Assembly: GCA_963924565.1 (NCBI GenBank)
Contig: OZ004611.1
Coordinates: forward strand, 29,264,001 to 29,328,000
Source: Ascidiella aspersa
Lineage: Eukaryota
Length of the DNA: 64,000 bases
Reading direction: 5' to 3'
The number at the start of each line of letters is the position of its first letter. Within the stretch, counting starts at the first letter, position 1. Both the position numbers and the translations under genes were made by a program. The notes under the pieces are model-generated. The model searched no databases and was not told where the DNA came from. It saw nothing but the letters and a program-made list of their open reading frames with translations. This document shows positions 62,681 through 64,000 of the stretch, one piece after another.

Positions 62681-63637
62681 CTTTCACCTCGGACCATAGC
62701 CTTTAACCCTTTTGTTGTAGCTTTCTTTGTCGTTGAATTGGAGAACAGCCACGAAATCCAGTGGGACATATAGTGGGCATTCCTCTGTTTTAAAGAAAGG
62801 TATAAATTACTAGTCTATGGAATTTTTAATTAATTAACGGTTTATGTAGGCGCTATGCCAAGCCATCTCCAGCAGATTTTCTTTAGCTGGTGTACGCGAA
62901 CCATTAAAGATTCAAGGCAAAAATAAGGGTTACTGGAAAGTAATAGAGGTTTCATGCGTCCTTTTACTATTATAAACACAGCGTTAAACTATAGACTGTT
63001 GAAAAAAACCTAAGATTTAGATAATATAGATGTGTCACTTTACTTAGTTATTGCCTAATGTAAAAGGTGATGCATTATATTAGGTACATTATATTTGGTG
63101 CCTAAACTTACTTGGTGTTCGGGTTATTATTTTATATCATAGAGAAAGGGGTTACTACTAAACCAAATCCATGTATTGTGTTTAAAACGAAGTGCGTTCA
63201 CTTTGTCGTTATACCATTTAACATTATGCACAACTTGTTTCGTGAGGTAAATTTACTTCTCGTTGTTTAATTAGATCTCGATTCAGAATTTGAAGTGCCT
63301 TATTGATGTCCGAAAATTTACAATGGCAGTCGCTTAGAACTGTTACAAAAACATTGACGAACTCTCAAGAATAAATGCTTGCGGTTTGTCTCTTTATAAT
63401 ACCAACATATCTATTTTTATTAGGAGTGCACTTACTGACACAACAAGGTTTCTTTTCACTCCACTCTCCATTCCCCAGACACATTTCATCTTGCTTGTTG
63501 GGGGGGTAAACCGTGGTAACCGGTCTCGTTTCATGTGTAGCTGCACAGCTGCACAGCGACCCCAATTGGTTAGCTTTGGAGCAAGTCACGTCGCCGTGAT
63601 CGATGGGGGGATATCATCGGACATTCTATAGCAGTAA
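62681..63637 (-). pseudogene. Inverted, truncated LU-CCP-VWA paralog, copy 4 (CCP exon and first VWA exon only in this window)
   Basis: Exon 63637-63436 (NQLGSLC...CLGNGEWSEKKPCCV) has indels, an 8-bp duplication and TGA in place of a Cys codon. Exon 62784-62681 (ECPLYVPLDFVAVLQFNDKESYNKR...) has a stop. No homologs of exons 7-9 were seen before 61167. Confidence 0.82.
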
Positions 63638-64000
63638 CTGAAATGAGAGTTAAGACAATCAGGTGGCAGTCTTACAACTGAAGAAAACCTTTCGTCGTGA
63701 CACCATATACAACAAGTAACCAAAATCAACATAGTGTAAACTGGGTAGAAGTAAAATCAAAACCTACGAGAAGAAAAAGTGATGCACAGCATTAAATAAA
63801 TTGAGACCACCATAACTTTGAATGTCCGAATAGAATATAATTTCAAAAGAGAAAACAAATTAAATGGTAACATTACAGAAATTTCGACCAACACAGTCTA
63901 ATTGAGCATATCAAAACGGACTTTAGGTGGATAATAGTGGACACGCAAAAATCAAATGTATTTAATTTCAGCAGCTCCGCAATTATAAATTAAAAAAACA

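Overview
This is an AT-rich, intron-rich eukaryotic (animal) window. It is most likely from an ascidian/tunicate, inferred from the gene families present. Most long ORFs in the track are noise, so the genes were rebuilt by hand from GT-AG exons with phase checking. In order: (1) the first coding exon of an SLC17/sialin-like MFS transporter (minus strand, runs off the left edge); (2) a candidate 7-exon orphan gene or spliced lncRNA (minus, 10.1-14.4 kb); (3) an 8-exon type-I transmembrane C-type lectin (plus, 16794-22012); (4) a rearranged local duplication (about 21.0-27.9 kb) that includes a decayed Buster/GTF2IRD2-type hAT transposase; (5) a 9-exon, 711-aa signal-peptide protein with two tandem 2OG-Fe(II) oxygenase domains, the first catalytically degenerate and the second intact (minus, 28139-39461), with a 17 x 42-bp palindromic minisatellite in its last intron; (6) an array of secreted Ly6/uPAR-like + CCP/sushi + MIDAS-less VWA genes: two intact copies, one frameshifted pseudogene and one inverted truncated pseudogene (43-63.6 kb). 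Introns and intergenic DNA are full of MITEs, many with 8-bp nnnTAnnn target-site duplications. There is no CRISPR array, rRNA or intact tRNA. The best candidates for novel biology are the LU-CCP-VWA array and the pseudoenzyme/enzyme tandem dioxygenase.
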